64,000 bases of DNA from Caldilineaceae bacterium (GCA_965204025.1 OZ241972.1:4762006-4826005); one strand, 5' to 3'. Numbered from the stretch's first letter, positions 37,901 through 48,900 are shown. The notes: a model not told the origin generated them from the sequence alone. Numbers and translations: made by a program.

Positions 37901-39742
37901 TCAATACGGCCACGAAGTTCCTCCAGGCAACGGACTTCCCTCAGCCAGAATTGGTTCCCACACTTCCTTGGATGCATCCCTGTCGGCGCGCAACTCCTTA
38001 CGTGCGGCTGCGATGTGCAACGCTCCTCCCTCATTTTTTCGCCAGAGATACAACGCAAGCCGAGTGACCCGGTCGTGGGTGGACACAAAACGGCGCCCGT
38101 AGTCCCGGGCGTCGGCCTGTTGGTGTGCTGCCCCCGTTCGCACATGATCCTCGCCATACTTCATCTCGACGGCGCAAGCATGATCCGGATTCAAGATGGC
38201 AAAGTCCGGCCGCCCTCCGCCCTCATGCAACTCGACGGTGTAGTTCAAACCCAGAAAACTGCACAGGGCCTGAAACAGGAGATGCAGGCTTGTCTCGCTG
38301 CGCAGCTTCTCGCTCGGGAATTCGTGAAACCATGGGACCAAGGGCACGAGCAGTCCTTGGAAGTCCATGGAGATCATGGACTCCTTGAGGCGTCGGAAGG
38401 CAACGGGATGCCCGGCTTCCCCATACTCCCGCTCCAACTCCTGCAGAAAGGCCTGCTCCACCTCTCGGGTGGGATAGGTCGCGTACGGCGACTCGCCGTT
38501 GCCGGCCGGCTTGACGGTCAGGTAACCGGTTTGCAACAGCAGATGGCCCAGCTCCGTCTCCTCACTGATGGCATCGTGACTCAGCCGGCGTTCCCGTTCC
38601 AGAACCCCCACCAGTGAAGCGGGACTCCTGCGCAGGCTTGTGGCCAGGCGACGGGCCGAACCGGATTCGACCCAGGGGCTGGGCCATCCATCTGCCTTGA
38701 CATCCTCGGCACCTGTTTCGGTCTCCAGCAGTTTCAGCGCCGTGACCAGGGACCAAGGGTTGTAGACGGCCGGTCCGCGCCCCCGCAAGTCAAAGTGATA
38801 GCCGTTGTAGTACTCCCGCAACTGTCGGCGCAGTTCGACCTCGGATATCCCCAGCACGCGCGCGCCAGCCGCCGCGTGGCGTCCCAGGCCACGCTCCCGG
38901 CTCTCGAGATCCAAGTCGCTAAAGCCACACACCAACGCGAACCTGGAATCCCACGTCAGATCCTCGGCGTTGTTGAGACCGGACAGAAGATGGTTGTAGG
39001 CCTTGCGGGTGATGCCGGTCATGATGACCTTGTGCAGGCTGCCGGATTCGCGCTTGAAGCGACGCAGGAAACCGCGCAAGGGCCCCAGATTGACATCGGT
39101 CAATGCCCCGGCGTCGCGCAGGGCCATCAGCGGAGTGTCGAACTCGTCCACCAGGATCACCGGCGCGGATTTCGAGCCCTCGTTCAGGGCCGCAATCAGG
39201 CGGCTCAGCAGGTCACCGGGACTTTCGGGACATTCCGCTTCCCCGTCAAGCCAGGCATGGGGCATCCCCGTGGCCTTGCCCCGAGCGCGCCAGAGGCGCC
39301 CCTGTGCCAACACCATGCTCACCAGTTGCACGGTCAACTCGTCCCGACTGGCCGCCTCGATGTCGCCCATATCCAACCGCAGCACCGGATGCCAATCGTT
39401 GTCCGTGGGATCGCGCTCGCCCCAAGCGGTGCCCTCAAATAGCACGTCGTAATCCACCTGTGCTTGACCTGGTGCCGGCAGATGTCCCTGATACATGCAC
39501 TCGATGGTCGATAGCATGAGGGTCTTGCCGAACCGACGGGGGCGGCCCACAAAGAGGTAGTGTGCCGGGTGGGCAAGCAGACGTGCTATCTCGGCCGTCT
39601 TGTCAACATAGGCTTCCCCTTGGCTCCGCAACTGCGCGAATTCCGAAGTCCCTGTCGCCAACGCAGACAAGGCTCCGTGGCACGAACCCGATTCTGGTTG
39701 GCACTGACTCGCCACTGCCTCACACTTCCCGATCATCGGCAT
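37901..39742 (-). CDS. AAA-ATPase-like / PDDEXK_9 family protein, paralogue 3 (intact)
   Basis: AYVDKTAEIARLL...GRPRRFGKTLMLSTIECMY. Central VILVDEFDTPL. C-terminus GGRPDFAILNPDHACAVEMKYG. Confidence 0.85.
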   Translation of the reverse strand: MPMIGKCEAVASQCQPESGSCHGALSALATGTSEFAQLRSQGEAYVDKTAEIARLLAHPAHYLFVGRPRRFGKTLMLSTIECMYQGHLPAPGQAQVDYDVLFEGTAWGERDPTDNDWHPVLRLDMGDIEAASRDELTVQLVSMVLAQGRLWRARGKATGMPHAWLDGEAECPESPGDLLSRLIAALNEGSKSAPVILVDEFDTPLMALRDAGALTDVNLGPLRGFLRRFKRESGSLHKVIMTGITRKAYNHLLSGLNNAEDLTWDSRFALVCGFSDLDLESRERGLGRHAAAGARVLGISEVELRRQLREYYNGYHFDLRGRGPAVYNPWSLVTALKLLETETGAEDVKADGWPSPWVESGSARRLATSLRRSPASLVGVLERERRLSHDAISEETELGHLLLQTGYLTVKPAGNGESPYATYPTREVEQAFLQELEREYGEAGHPVAFRRLKESMISMDFQGLLVPLVPWFHEFPSEKLRSETSLHLLFQALCSFLGLNYTVELHEGGGRPDFAILNPDHACAVEMKYGEDHVRTGAAHQQADARDYGRRFVSTHDRVTRLALYLWRKNEGGALHIAAARKELRADRDASKEVWEPILAEGSPLPGGTSWPY

Positions 39743-39818
39743 CGTTGTTGGCCATTGTAGAAGACAGCACAGTTGCTATCAGGTCGTCGTCGATCACCCC
39801 CCAAATGGGACGAGTTGG

Positions 39819-40124
39819 TTGAATGAATTGAATGTCATCATTGACTGTTCTCGCTTTTGGGCTGACGTGGTTGACTGTCTGCTGACCGGACCCCTGCCGG
39901 ACGCACTGGGACAGCTCCGAAACATCCAGTCGCTGTATTTGAGCAACAATTATTTCTCCGGACCACTCCCGTCCGGATGGGGTCAACTCCGGCAGTTGAA
40001 GGAATTGTTGTTGCAACGGCACAAAGCGTGCGGCTCCACGGGCTGTATTGGCAAGGGGCGCGACACGGCGAACCGGTTCAACGGACACGGGCTTGCAGTC
40101 TCCGCGGCGGACTGCGTCGTATGA
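39819..40124 (+). pseudogene. leucine-rich-repeat fragment
   Basis: LTGPLPDALGQLRNIQSLYLSNNYFSGPLPSGWGQLRQLKELLL gives two plant-specific-type LRR units. It is a short, AT-richer segment with no N- or C-terminal context. Confidence 0.35.
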
Positions 40125-40154
40125 CGGACGGCCACCGACGCGTGAGGCGTCTCT

Positions 40155-42827
40155 TCAGGTAGGGTGCGTCCAAAGGCACTGAAGCGGGGCATCGGCCGTC
40201 ACCTCAATGTCCCTCGCCAATCGGATTTCCCCGTTTGCCTGCGACTGCCAGGCCACCGGCTCGTTGCCCAACCGCATGTCCCGCACCTCTGCCTTCGCCA
40301 ATCCCGGCAGTCTCACAATCCGCACTGGCAGCGAACCCTGCACGACCTCAAGGCGGAATGCGCCCGGCTCCATGACAACCTGTCCCCAGGCCGGGTCCAG
40401 CGACCAAAGGCAACGGAAACCGGAGCCAAACCCTGGCACGGGATTGAAGCCCACCAAACCCAAGCGCATGTCGAACTCGAACCCGGCGAACGTGTTCAGC
40501 AAGGCGAAGGCCGCCATGGAACGCGCGTAGTTGCTGCCGCACTCGATCTCGTTCCACGGGTTGCGCTTGGCCCCGTCGTAGCGATCCCTGATCGCGGCTA
40601 CGACTTCAACCCCTTCGGCCACCAGACCGGTGCCGATCATGTGCAGGGCCGCCGCATATTCGTAGCCGTTCTGGGTCTCTTGGGAATAGGGCAGCGGAAT
40701 CACCGGCTGGCGACGCCCTTCGGGCCAGGTCGCGATCTGCAGGCCGGCTTCGTCGTTGAGCGTGTAGACGCGGCAGGGGTTGTAGTCCTCGCGGCTGTTC
40801 CGCTTGAAGTTGTAGGCGTACAGGTGGGTCAGGGCCGATTGCACCTTCTCCGGATCCAGCAAATCCCCCAAGCCGTACAGGTTCGCATGCCACTGGGCCA
40901 GTACCTGATCGATTTCACACCCTTCGCCAATCTGGTACTTGATCTCCCCGTACTCCTCCGTCCAGTAGGACTCGAGCACGGAGGCGCGGTCGGATGTGTG
41001 TACGGATTCGACGAACGGCTCCAGAACCGACCGGTCCGTCAGGTCGATGCGCTGGTGGTAGTACTCGCCGTCAAACAGGTTCCCGTCGACCCAGGTCCGG
41101 CCCCGCTCGAAGATCGTCCGGAACTCCCGGGCGCACGCCTGCTCGCCGAGGGCCTCCGCCATCTCGGCCCCCGCCTTCAGGGCACCTAGGTAGAAACCGG
41201 TCATCCAGGCGTTGGGACCGAACAACTCCACATCCAGGGTGTGGTGCTGGCGGCCCTGCAGCACGCCGGTCCTGTCCGGATCCCAGCGATCGGGATTCTC
41301 CGGATGCCAGGCGTACTCGATGGACCGGCGCACGCCTGGCCACAGCTCGCGCAGCCAGTCCGTGTCCCCGCAGATCTTCCAGTCCCGGTAAATCTTCATC
41401 ACACCGCCAAACTGACCGTCGCAGCAGGGCCGTTGCATGCCCGTCAAGTGCCGGGGGGTTCCCAGGGGCAGTTGCAGGCGGAACGGCATGGCGCCGTTGG
41501 GCAGCAGGTTGTACTTGTAGTCGGCCGTGCGCATTGAACGCTCCAGCCGCGGAAACAGGAAGGGCACGGTCTGCTGGTAGTTCCATACGTGCGTGCAGCT
41601 GCCTTCACAGCACCCGGCATCGACATGCGCCCCCTCAAAGCCATACAGGGTCCCGTCCTCCAGCCGCTTCACGACCGGCGTCTTCAAGGTGGACAAATTC
41701 GCCGACACGGCCTCCAGGGCAACCGGTGGCAGGTCGGAAGCAAACAAGGTGTCGTGGAACAGGGCCGTGCCGTCATGCAGCCGGTCCCACTCCTGCAACG
41801 CAAACGTTGCACTGTCGCGTGAATCGGCCCAACGGGTGGCGTACCAGTTCCGCCATTGGTTGGGCATCCCCGCGGCCGCGGCCTCACGCTTGGCGTCCTC
41901 GCTCCAGTCGTTCACGCAGTTGGGAAAGTTCCAGGCAATCACAAACCGCACCCGGCGCGTTTCGCCGGGATTGACGGGAACATGGACGGCCAGCAAGGCT
42001 TCGTTGCCGGCACCGGCCGCCTCCCCTTCATAGCGGCGGTTCGCGAATGGTCCCGGCCGGGTCAAGTCCTGCCAATACACTTCCAGGTTGTCGAACCACG
42101 CCCCGCGAAACCAGTATTCCTGCCAGCTGACCGTCTGGCCGGGATCGTGTCCGGTGTCGGCACCCAAGGTAAGGTCGCCGTACGCAGGGGAGGCCGGACC
42201 GGGCTCGGTACTGGAGAGATGCATCAAGTGCAAGCCCTTGTCGGCCATCGCTTCATCCATCCGGTTCAGGTTCGCGGCCGGTTGCGGATTGGCCAGGACG
42301 CCCACCAGCGTGTAGGTCAACCGGCGGTCGTCCGGAGCACTCATCTCGAACTCGAAGAAGGCCGCCGGCAGGCTGCAATCGTCCTCTTCCAGGGGCATCA
42401 AGGGCGAAAAGGCCCGCAAACAGATCTCGCCCGGGAAGGTCTCGTCGACGAACCGCAGCGTGGCCAAGGGAAACTCGCCCCTGAATTCCACATCGCGGAA
42501 GTGCGGCAGACCGCTCATGTATTCCCGTCGCGGCCCGAACCCGAACCCCTGAAACATGCCTTGGCTTATTTCGCCCATGAAGGGCGGGGTCAAGTCGCCT
42601 TGCAATATGCGGGCATCCACCGTGGCTCCGGCTTCCTCCGCCCTGATCGCGAAGTGGGAAAAGCCGTTGACGCTGCCCTTGTTGGGCTTGTTGAAAATCT
42701 CCCAGTCGATCAGGTGGCCGTTGCCGGCCAGCCCGATCCCGCCGGCCCCAATCCCGCCCAGGGGAAAGCTGAGGTGGCGGGTGCGTTCACCGGTGTAGAG
42801 GAAACGATCCATGGGTGTCTCTTCCAT
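40155..42827 (-). CDS. GH116-family glycoside hydrolase (GBA2-type beta-glucosidase / glucosylceramidase-like)
   Basis: N-terminus [31 protein letters not shown] and a large (alpha/alpha)6-type C-terminal half. Start taken at MEETPMDRF (42827). The 120 upstream codons of the ORF belong to a TnpB remnant. Confidence 0.8.
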   Translation of the reverse strand: MEETPMDRFLYTGERTRHLSFPLGGIGAGGIGLAGNGHLIDWEIFNKPNKGSVNGFSHFAIRAEEAGATVDARILQGDLTPPFMGEISQGMFQGFGFGPRREYMSGLPHFRDVEFRGEFPLATLRFVDETFPGEICLRAFSPLMPLEEDDCSLPAAFFEFEMSAPDDRRLTYTLVGVLANPQPAANLNRMDEAMADKGLHLMHLSSTEPGPASPAYGDLTLGADTGHDPGQTVSWQEYWFRGAWFDNLEVYWQDLTRPGPFANRRYEGEAAGAGNEALLAVHVPVNPGETRRVRFVIAWNFPNCVNDWSEDAKREAAAAGMPNQWRNWYATRWADSRDSATFALQEWDRLHDGTALFHDTLFASDLPPVALEAVSANLSTLKTPVVKRLEDGTLYGFEGAHVDAGCCEGSCTHVWNYQQTVPFLFPRLERSMRTADYKYNLLPNGAMPFRLQLPLGTPRHLTGMQRPCCDGQFGGVMKIYRDWKICGDTDWLRELWPGVRRSIEYAWHPENPDRWDPDRTGVLQGRQHHTLDVELFGPNAWMTGFYLGALKAGAEMAEALGEQACAREFRTIFERGRTWVDGNLFDGEYYHQRIDLTDRSVLEPFVESVHTSDRASVLESYWTEEYGEIKYQIGEGCEIDQVLAQWHANLYGLGDLLDPEKVQSALTHLYAYNFKRNSREDYNPCRVYTLNDEAGLQIATWPEGRRQPVIPLPYSQETQNGYEYAAALHMIGTGLVAEGVEVVAAIRDRYDGAKRNPWNEIECGSNYARSMAAFALLNTFAGFEFDMRLGLVGFNPVPGFGSGFRCLWSLDPAWGQVVMEPGAFRLEVVQGSLPVRIVRLPGLAKAEVRDMRLGNEPVAWQSQANGEIRLARDIEVTADAPLQCLWTHPT

Positions 42828-42899
42828 AAACCTTGTAGTTTTTGGGTAATTCGCTCTCGGTTGATAGGGACAGTTGCCCCGCCCCTGCAACCCGAGTCC

Positions 42900-43190
42900 G
42901 GGTGGAGCAGTCCCACCGACAGCTTGTTGTCTCCACGAGCAGGGCCTCGACCTCCCGGAAGGGCCTCCACAATGAGATCCCGTCATCGTGGAGGCGGTCG
43001 TGGATGTTGCAGGCGGCATTGGCGTCCGCGTCCAACACAACCCCCGTCCACGCAGTAAGACCGGCTCCCTTGACGCCGGCACTGCAATAGGCTCGTCCGG
43101 GATTCGATTTGTGATGTATGGATCGGGTTGCCCAATGCTAGCGCAGAACTTCCGCACCGAAATATCGATAGTGAGTGTGTCCACCATTCA
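42900..43190 (-). pseudogene. TnpB (IS605/IS607-type OrfB) C-terminal remnant, multiple frames
   Basis: [15 protein letters not shown] (ORF 42787..43038) is the typical TnpB tail. Upstream frames show PIHTSQ and Cys-containing pieces like the Zn ribbon. No TnpB N-terminal part is present. Confidence 0.4.
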
Positions 43191-43233
43191 ACTGCCAAGC
43201 GGGGACCTTCCTGGCTTACGCCGGCCCGCGGGG

Positions 43234-43261
43234 CCAAGCCGGAGTGCGTTCAACTTGATTT
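43234..43261 (+). repeat. 28-bp direct repeat, copy 1
   Basis: ccaagccggagtgcgttcaacttgattt matches 45353-45380 at 26 of 28 positions. Confidence 0.8.
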
Positions 43262-43711
43262 GAGGCTGTTACCGGGGAGTTGTGCAGCAGAATCTGTCAG
43301 TCCCGTAGACGCCCGGATTCAGTCCTTCCGGTCCAGTCGATGTCGGGGCACAAGTTCCGCCTTCGAGAACTCGCGGTTCTTGCTGCGCACTTGGCCGCGC
43401 GCCGCCAACAGTACTCCGCGGGGCGCGGCCGGAAGGCCCTGCCGGGGCATCTCCTGTCGTTCCGTCTTGTCGAATTGATTGCAGTTCATGGCGGCCTCCT
43501 CGCGTCCCGCGGGTGCGTGGGGTCGAGCGCCAAGGCTCGGGACTCCGTCCCGGGATCATGCCGGGCGGGGTCGAGTAGGGGCGGCGGGCAGTGCCGGTGC
43601 GTCGTGGGGATGCCGATCCAAGTGGGACCGTGCGGCCAACCCCTTTCAGTCTGCTGGTTACAATGCGCCCGTGTCTCGTTGCACGGTGCCAAGTCAACAG
43701 GGGAGACTGCC

Positions 43712-44815
43712 ATGACCGTTGCTCCGTCAACACCTGCCTCGTCTGAAGTTGATATCCAAACGGGACGCGGCCAGTCCGTTCCCGACAGCCCCTCCCCATC
43801 GCGCTGGGCGGACTGGATTCACACGCCTCCCAGCCTCGGGGAAACAGACCCCGCCACGGCGCGCGAGTCGCGGGAAGTGCGCCTCCAGATCCGCTTGGCC
43901 TTCCCCTCCGTGTGGCGCGCCCACTTGGAGGCCTTGCCGCACTACAACCCCGCCTACGCGTACGACGAACGTTACGACTATGAGAATGACTGGACCTCCG
44001 ATTCCGACTATCGCGGGTCCGTCAAGCATTTCCGGGCCTACGACCGGGAGGGGTTTGTCGTGCCGCAAGGGCGACACAACAACTTCATCGGATGGTTGGT
44101 CCGCACACTTCAGGCGGCTTTCGGCCTACGTGTCCTTCGGGAACCCAATCTGCATTTCCTACCCCGGACCAGTGAAGATGTGGCTTTCCTCACCGCAGGC
44201 GGGAAGCCCAAGATCAAGGTACAACCCGATGCCGTGGTGTTGCCCCAGGCCCTTGACACGGACAGGGAGCGCAGCCAAAGGGAGCACAACATCCACTTGG
44301 ACAACGGCGATGCCCTTCCTGAACTGGTGGTGGAAGTGTTGTCGTACAGCACCGAGGACAACGACCTGGGGGAGAAATGGCACTTATATGCTGCGCTGGG
44401 CATCCGGGAGTACCTGCTGATTGACATTGGCGAGCCGAACGATCCCGAGGCTCCCGAAGAGTCCGGGTCTCCCGCCAGCATGTGGCTATACCGCCTTGAT
44501 GCCAACGGTGTTTATCAATTGGTGGAGGATGAGCTGCCTTTGCGCGTCTGCGGCACCCCAATCCGGCTGCAACCAGCCGAAGGCTCCGAAATGCCATACA
44601 TGCAGTGGATGGACAGCACAAGCAGACAATGGCGGGATTTTCGGGACGACATCAAACAAGAAGGACAAATCGAAATCCTGGGGCAGGCTTTGGACGCGTG
44701 CCTGCCCAACTTGGACGTTGCGGATCGGGAATGCATTGTGGCTTTATGGGCTCACGACCGGCATACCGGACAAAATGCTTCACCGGATCATGGAGGCCAG
44801 CCAGGCACCGGATGA
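43712..44815 (+). CDS. Uma2-family (DUF820) PD-(D/E)XK endonuclease with extended termini
   Basis: RBS ggagac. Core motifs VQPDAVVLP...PELVVEVLSYSTEDNDLGEKWHLYAALGIREYLLID. Confidence 0.75.
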   Translation: MTVAPSTPASSEVDIQTGRGQSVPDSPSPSRWADWIHTPPSLGETDPATARESREVRLQIRLAFPSVWRAHLEALPHYNPAYAYDERYDYENDWTSDSDYRGSVKHFRAYDREGFVVPQGRHNNFIGWLVRTLQAAFGLRVLREPNLHFLPRTSEDVAFLTAGGKPKIKVQPDAVVLPQALDTDRERSQREHNIHLDNGDALPELVVEVLSYSTEDNDLGEKWHLYAALGIREYLLIDIGEPNDPEAPEESGSPASMWLYRLDANGVYQLVEDELPLRVCGTPIRLQPAEGSEMPYMQWMDSTSRQWRDFRDDIKQEGQIEILGQALDACLPNLDVADRECIVALWAHDRHTGQNASPDHGGQPGTG

Positions 44816-44921
44816 ATGGGAAGCCATTCTGGATGTGACGGAGCCCAACCTCCCATCCTGACGGGAACCTCTCTAGTTCCCTGACAATTCGGGCAGGGCC
44901 GGAAACCGCGGGGGCGGCCTG

Positions 44922-45298
44922 AGCCGGACTTTGTAGAACTTTAAACGGGGCTGTCGCAGGGGTGGTCCCGGTTATGCTCAGCCAGTGTAGCTGCGGAACT
45001 CCCAAGCCGGGCCGGGGAAGAGCGGTGGCGGTTTCTCCATGTCGGGGGCGGCCGGAACCGTGAAAAAGGAGGCCTTCCGGTCCAGAGGGTGATACGCAGG
45101 GAAGCCGGCCCGGCGCCAATCAGCAACCGCTGGACCTTGCGCCAGGTGCGCGCGTCAAACAGCAATGCAAAGGGGACCAGCCATGGTACAAGGGCTCCGG
45201 GCAGGCTGGGCATGATGAGCCTTTGGTGGTGCTTTGATTCATTGTGCCAGCCTGCTTGCCCTGTCCCGGCACGACATCAAGTTGTACAAAGTCCAGCC
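44922..45298 (-). mobile_element. 377-bp internally deleted derivative of the IS at 1432-2634
   Basis: Ends agccggactttgtagaa and ttgtacaaagtccagcc. About 60 nt of the subterminal sequence aligns with 2575-2634. It keeps only the first 90 codons of the transposase (ORF 44941..45213, MPSLPGALVPWLVPFALLFDARTWRKVQ). Confidence 0.7.
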
Positions 45299-45352
45299 AA
45301 GAAAGTAGGACCCGACACTACCTGTCGATACGGGTTCCCGGCCTGGCCCCAG

Positions 45353-45380
45353 CCAAGCCGGAGTGCGTTCAGCTTAATTT
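45353..45380 (+). repeat. 28-bp direct repeat, copy 2
   Basis: ccaagccggagtgcgttcagcttaattt. Confidence 0.8.
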
Positions 45381-45389
45381 CCTACAGAC

Positions 45390-47255
45390 TCACTCCACCT
45401 TGATGTTCATCGACGTCGAGCCTCGAACGGCAGCTACACTGATAGTCGTACTCGTACCTGTTGCTGTTGTCTCGCAACCAACTATGTAGTACTTGCCAGT
45501 AGATTGACTGAAGAAGTCGGCATAAGCACCTGATGAGCTGGAGCACGGGTCTGTAGGAACACTTCCATCGGCGGTGGCAGGCATAATCACAACCTTGGCC
45601 CTATTGCTTGAGAAGATGGTTGCCGTGTCACCCACATCGCCTTCGTGCCTCAGGGTGACTGGTACCGGCGTTCCCACCTTTATCGTATTCGTTGTAAGGC
45701 CCTCCAGCCAAACCCTGGGCTGGGGCTGGGGCGTGGGCTCCGGCTGACTGTTCCTGTTGCGTCGTGATCGGCTGCGCGGTGTAGGCGTCGGCTGGGCCTC
45801 GGTGACCGTTGTCGACGCTCCGCCGACGGTGGGGCCCGAGGCGGGCTGCGGAGGCGCGCCGTCATCTCCGGGCGACTCGGTCGAGGGCGTGCCCGTGCCG
45901 GTGGTACCTCCGCCGGGCGTGGTGGTCTGCACGGTGACCCCGGGACGGCTGGTCTGCCTGGTAAGCGCAAACACCTCGGACCAGTCGGACGGCAAGCTGT
46001 TTTCCTTCGTGGCGCGGACCTGAAGGAAGTAGGACCCATAGTAGGGCAACTGCTCCAGCCTGGCCCCGGAACCTTCGAAGGACACCTCAATCCCTGCCGC
46101 CGGCAAGGTTACCCATTGCGATTCGGATGCCCCCCCGTCCAGCAGGAAGCGCACCTCGTAGGCATCCACAACCGGCACGTCGGGCCAGTTCAGTGAAATG
46201 GCGCCGCTCTCCAGCAAGCGCCCGGTCAGTGCCGCCGGCACCTGCAGGATGGGCCCGACCGCCACAACAGTCGACCATGGGGATTCACTCAGATCGTTGA
46301 TGGCCCGGACGGCGAAATTGAGCAGCCTTTCGGGATAGTTCGAGCCCAAATCCACCAGGGCCTGTGACCCGACCAGGGACACTTTAATTCCGTCCGTGGG
46401 CAGAACCACCCACTCTTCGGAGACGGTCTCCAAGTCGTACCAGAAGAGAATCTCGTACGTATTGGCTGTGGAAACTTCCTGCCATGCCAGAACTACCTGG
46501 CCCGGTGCCTGATACCAGCCGATCAGATCCTGCGGCCTCTGCAAAAAGGCTGGCGCCTGCACCACCGCGGACCAGTCGGAGACCCCTTCCGCATTGACAG
46601 CCCGCACCGCAAAGTCATGCATGCGAGCCGGCTGCTCCGGCAACCGACTCACCACGGCGCCGGTGCCATCAAGCGTGTCGATTGACACCTGGATGCCCTC
46701 GTCAGGCAGGATGACCCAATCCTCACTCTCTTCGGATGTGCGCCAATAGGCCACCTGATAGGAATCGGCGGAACTGACCGCCTGCCACTCCAGGGTGACC
46801 GAATCCCGTTCCCGCTTGGCCACTTTGAGGTTTAAGGGCGTTGCCGGCAACACCCTGGTAGGCAACTCCGTGGTAGGCGCCACCCGGGCCGGCAACGGGT
46901 CGGGGTACACCGGATCCGACCAGTTCGATCGGTAACCGGCAGCGGCGCGCGTACGCACGGCAAAGGCAAACTCGGAGTCGCCGGGCAGGGAACGGACGAC
47001 GGCGCTGGAACCCTCCATGGTGACGCTGACATCACCATGAGGCAGGACATTCCACTCGGAGTCCCCATACCGCAACTCATATCCAGAGGCCCCGGCAACA
47101 TCATCCCAGTCTAGGGACACCGTGCCCGGGTCGAGCACCTTGGCAATCGGCCTACTAGGTGCAAGGGTTGCACTAGCCGACTGATGGAGACCAAGGACCC
47201 CACCGATGACGGCAACGGCGAATGCTACGAAGCCCCAATTACGAAAATGCTGCAT
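45390..47255 (-). CDS. secreted protein with about five FN3-like repeats
   Basis: Signal peptide present. A recurring module reads L.W..V..A..YE..Y........W..LP......V, for example VSLDWDDVAGASGYELRY and VTLEWQAVSSADSYQVAYW. A Pro/Thr/Gly linker is followed by a C-terminal domain. Confidence 0.75.
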   Translation of the reverse strand: MQHFRNWGFVAFAVAVIGGVLGLHQSASATLAPSRPIAKVLDPGTVSLDWDDVAGASGYELRYGDSEWNVLPHGDVSVTMEGSSAVVRSLPGDSEFAFAVRTRAAAGYRSNWSDPVYPDPLPARVAPTTELPTRVLPATPLNLKVAKRERDSVTLEWQAVSSADSYQVAYWRTSEESEDWVILPDEGIQVSIDTLDGTGAVVSRLPEQPARMHDFAVRAVNAEGVSDWSAVVQAPAFLQRPQDLIGWYQAPGQVVLAWQEVSTANTYEILFWYDLETVSEEWVVLPTDGIKVSLVGSQALVDLGSNYPERLLNFAVRAINDLSESPWSTVVAVGPILQVPAALTGRLLESGAISLNWPDVPVVDAYEVRFLLDGGASESQWVTLPAAGIEVSFEGSGARLEQLPYYGSYFLQVRATKENSLPSDWSEVFALTRQTSRPGVTVQTTTPGGGTTGTGTPSTESPGDDGAPPQPASGPTVGGASTTVTEAQPTPTPRSRSRRNRNSQPEPTPQPQPRVWLEGLTTNTIKVGTPVPVTLRHEGDVGDTATIFSSNRAKVVIMPATADGSVPTDPCSSSSGAYADFFSQSTGKYYIVGCETTATGTSTTISVAAVRGSTSMNIKVE

Positions 47256-48009
47256 CGTATTCCACGTAAAGGTGTAATCAGGTCAACTCGCAGAATAATA
47301 ACTCATTGTGATTGTTAAAGAAACAAAAACATCGCGTTAGGCGCGTTTCACTTGCGTGGACAGGCTCCGGGCAGGACCTCGATCCCTCCTCCGGTGCAGG
47401 CCGTGTCGTGCGCCATCAGTCCATGGAGTTGAGGGCTCCCGCCTCCGTCCGGCATCCCCGCGCCTGCCGTGCCCGCCGGTTGATGCCGGCTCACCGCTTC
47501 CCGGAGTACCGCCGGCGGCCGATACCGCAGCAGAGCAGGCGGCGGAAGGACCGGGCCGGGCAAATGGGTGGTGGGGATAGGCAGGGGTTGGAACTGAAGC
47601 CCACTCCGGAACCCTGTTTGTTCTCGTGACAAGACCATGGTGGGAATCCCTCATTGTTTGTGTGCCTGGGGCCAAAATCAATGAAAGGGAGACAATGTCC
47701 ATAATGATGCGGCCGTTGACGGGAATGCGTTCCGTGGCGACCGGGGGCTGTGCGCAGGCATGGCCGGACCACTTCCTGCGAAACGCAAACATCCCTGCGG
47801 AAACCAACCGGCCGGGAATGGATTAAGACGCATCAAGCCCCAGGCGCACCGGAGACGGGAACACTCTTTTTCTGCACCTGATGGCCACCGCCATGGGCCA
47901 ACGCACACGAACGAGGCTTCTTCTCACGTGAGAGCCAATGATCGCCCCGGCCCCATGGCAACGAAATATTAACAAGACCCGGTAAATCCGCCGGCACAAA
48001 TGCATCTGG

Positions 48010-48900
48010 TCATCCGGAATTGCCTTCGGACAACCCGCCGTCCTCCGCCTCCAGACGCTGCCCTCGAAGGCACAGCAGCAGGGTGGCCGTGACCGCAAAC
48101 GGCTGCAACAAGGCCGGTATCAGCAACCAGGTTGCGCCCCCGGCCAGGCGCGCACCCAAGGTCAAGAGCCACGTCAGGGCCAGGAGACCGAACGCAACGG
48201 TGGGCCAGCGCAGGGTCAGGGCCAGGCCGTATTGCAAGGAGCGTCGCACAGACAGGTCAAAGAGGACCTGCATGGTCAATGCATGCAACGTCGCCACCGC
48301 CAGGACCAATGTCACGCCCAGGTTGGCGACCACCCCGGCCGTCACGAACCAGGGCGGGTTTGAACCTTGCAGGTTCGCGGCGGCCGCCCAGAGGTTGAAG
48401 GCCAGCAACAACGGAAGACTCGTCAACAGGGCTCGCGGATATCGGGTGCGGAATGTGCGCAGGACATCCGGCCAAGGAGTCGATCGGCCTGTGGCCGCGC
48501 GCCCCACCGGATAACTGAAAGCCATCCACAGGGGGACCGGGAGCAGCCAGGTCCACAACGCTGCGACCGGCACGTGACCCGCATTCATCATCACCCACCA
48601 GGCCGGCAGTACGGACGTGATCAGGAGCAGTCCCTGGGCGGCCAGGCGCAGGGCTTCGGACCAGATCAGTTCGGCGGTGAATCGGACATACGTCCGTTCA
48701 TCGATGCGGACATCCTCCAGGCGTATGGACACGGGTTGCAACCCCCTAGGTCGCCAATGGCAACGGCAATCCGTGTGCGGGGAGAGTGCCGTCGACCACA
48801 CACCCGTGGCCTCGCCGTTGACAACCGGTTTCGGATCTTCCTTCGCCCGCTCCCTGCCGCCTCCCGCCAAGGGGATCTCCCCTCGGTACCGGATGGGCAT
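48010..48900 (-). CDS. YesL-like (DUF624) integral membrane protein
   Basis: Multi-TM sequence downstream of two sugar ABC permease genes. The start is uncertain (ATG 48900 or a later GTG). Confidence 0.5.
   Translation of the reverse strand: MPIRYRGEIPLAGGGRERAKEDPKPVVNGEATGVWSTALSPHTDCRCHWRPRGLQPVSIRLEDVRIDERTYVRFTAELIWSEALRLAAQGLLLITSVLPAWWVMMNAGHVPVAALWTWLLPVPLWMAFSYPVGRAATGRSTPWPDVLRTFRTRYPRALLTSLPLLLAFNLWAAAANLQGSNPPWFVTAGVVANLGVTLVLAVATLHALTMQVLFDLSVRRSLQYGLALTLRWPTVAFGLLALTWLLTLGARLAGGATWLLIPALLQPFAVTATLLLCLRGQRLEAEDGGLSEGNSG

Noticed and set aside
40164-43058. Plus-strand ORFs 40164..41189, 40994..41974 and 41856..43058
   Set aside because: They are antisense to the GH116 gene, which is strongly supported by conserved motifs.
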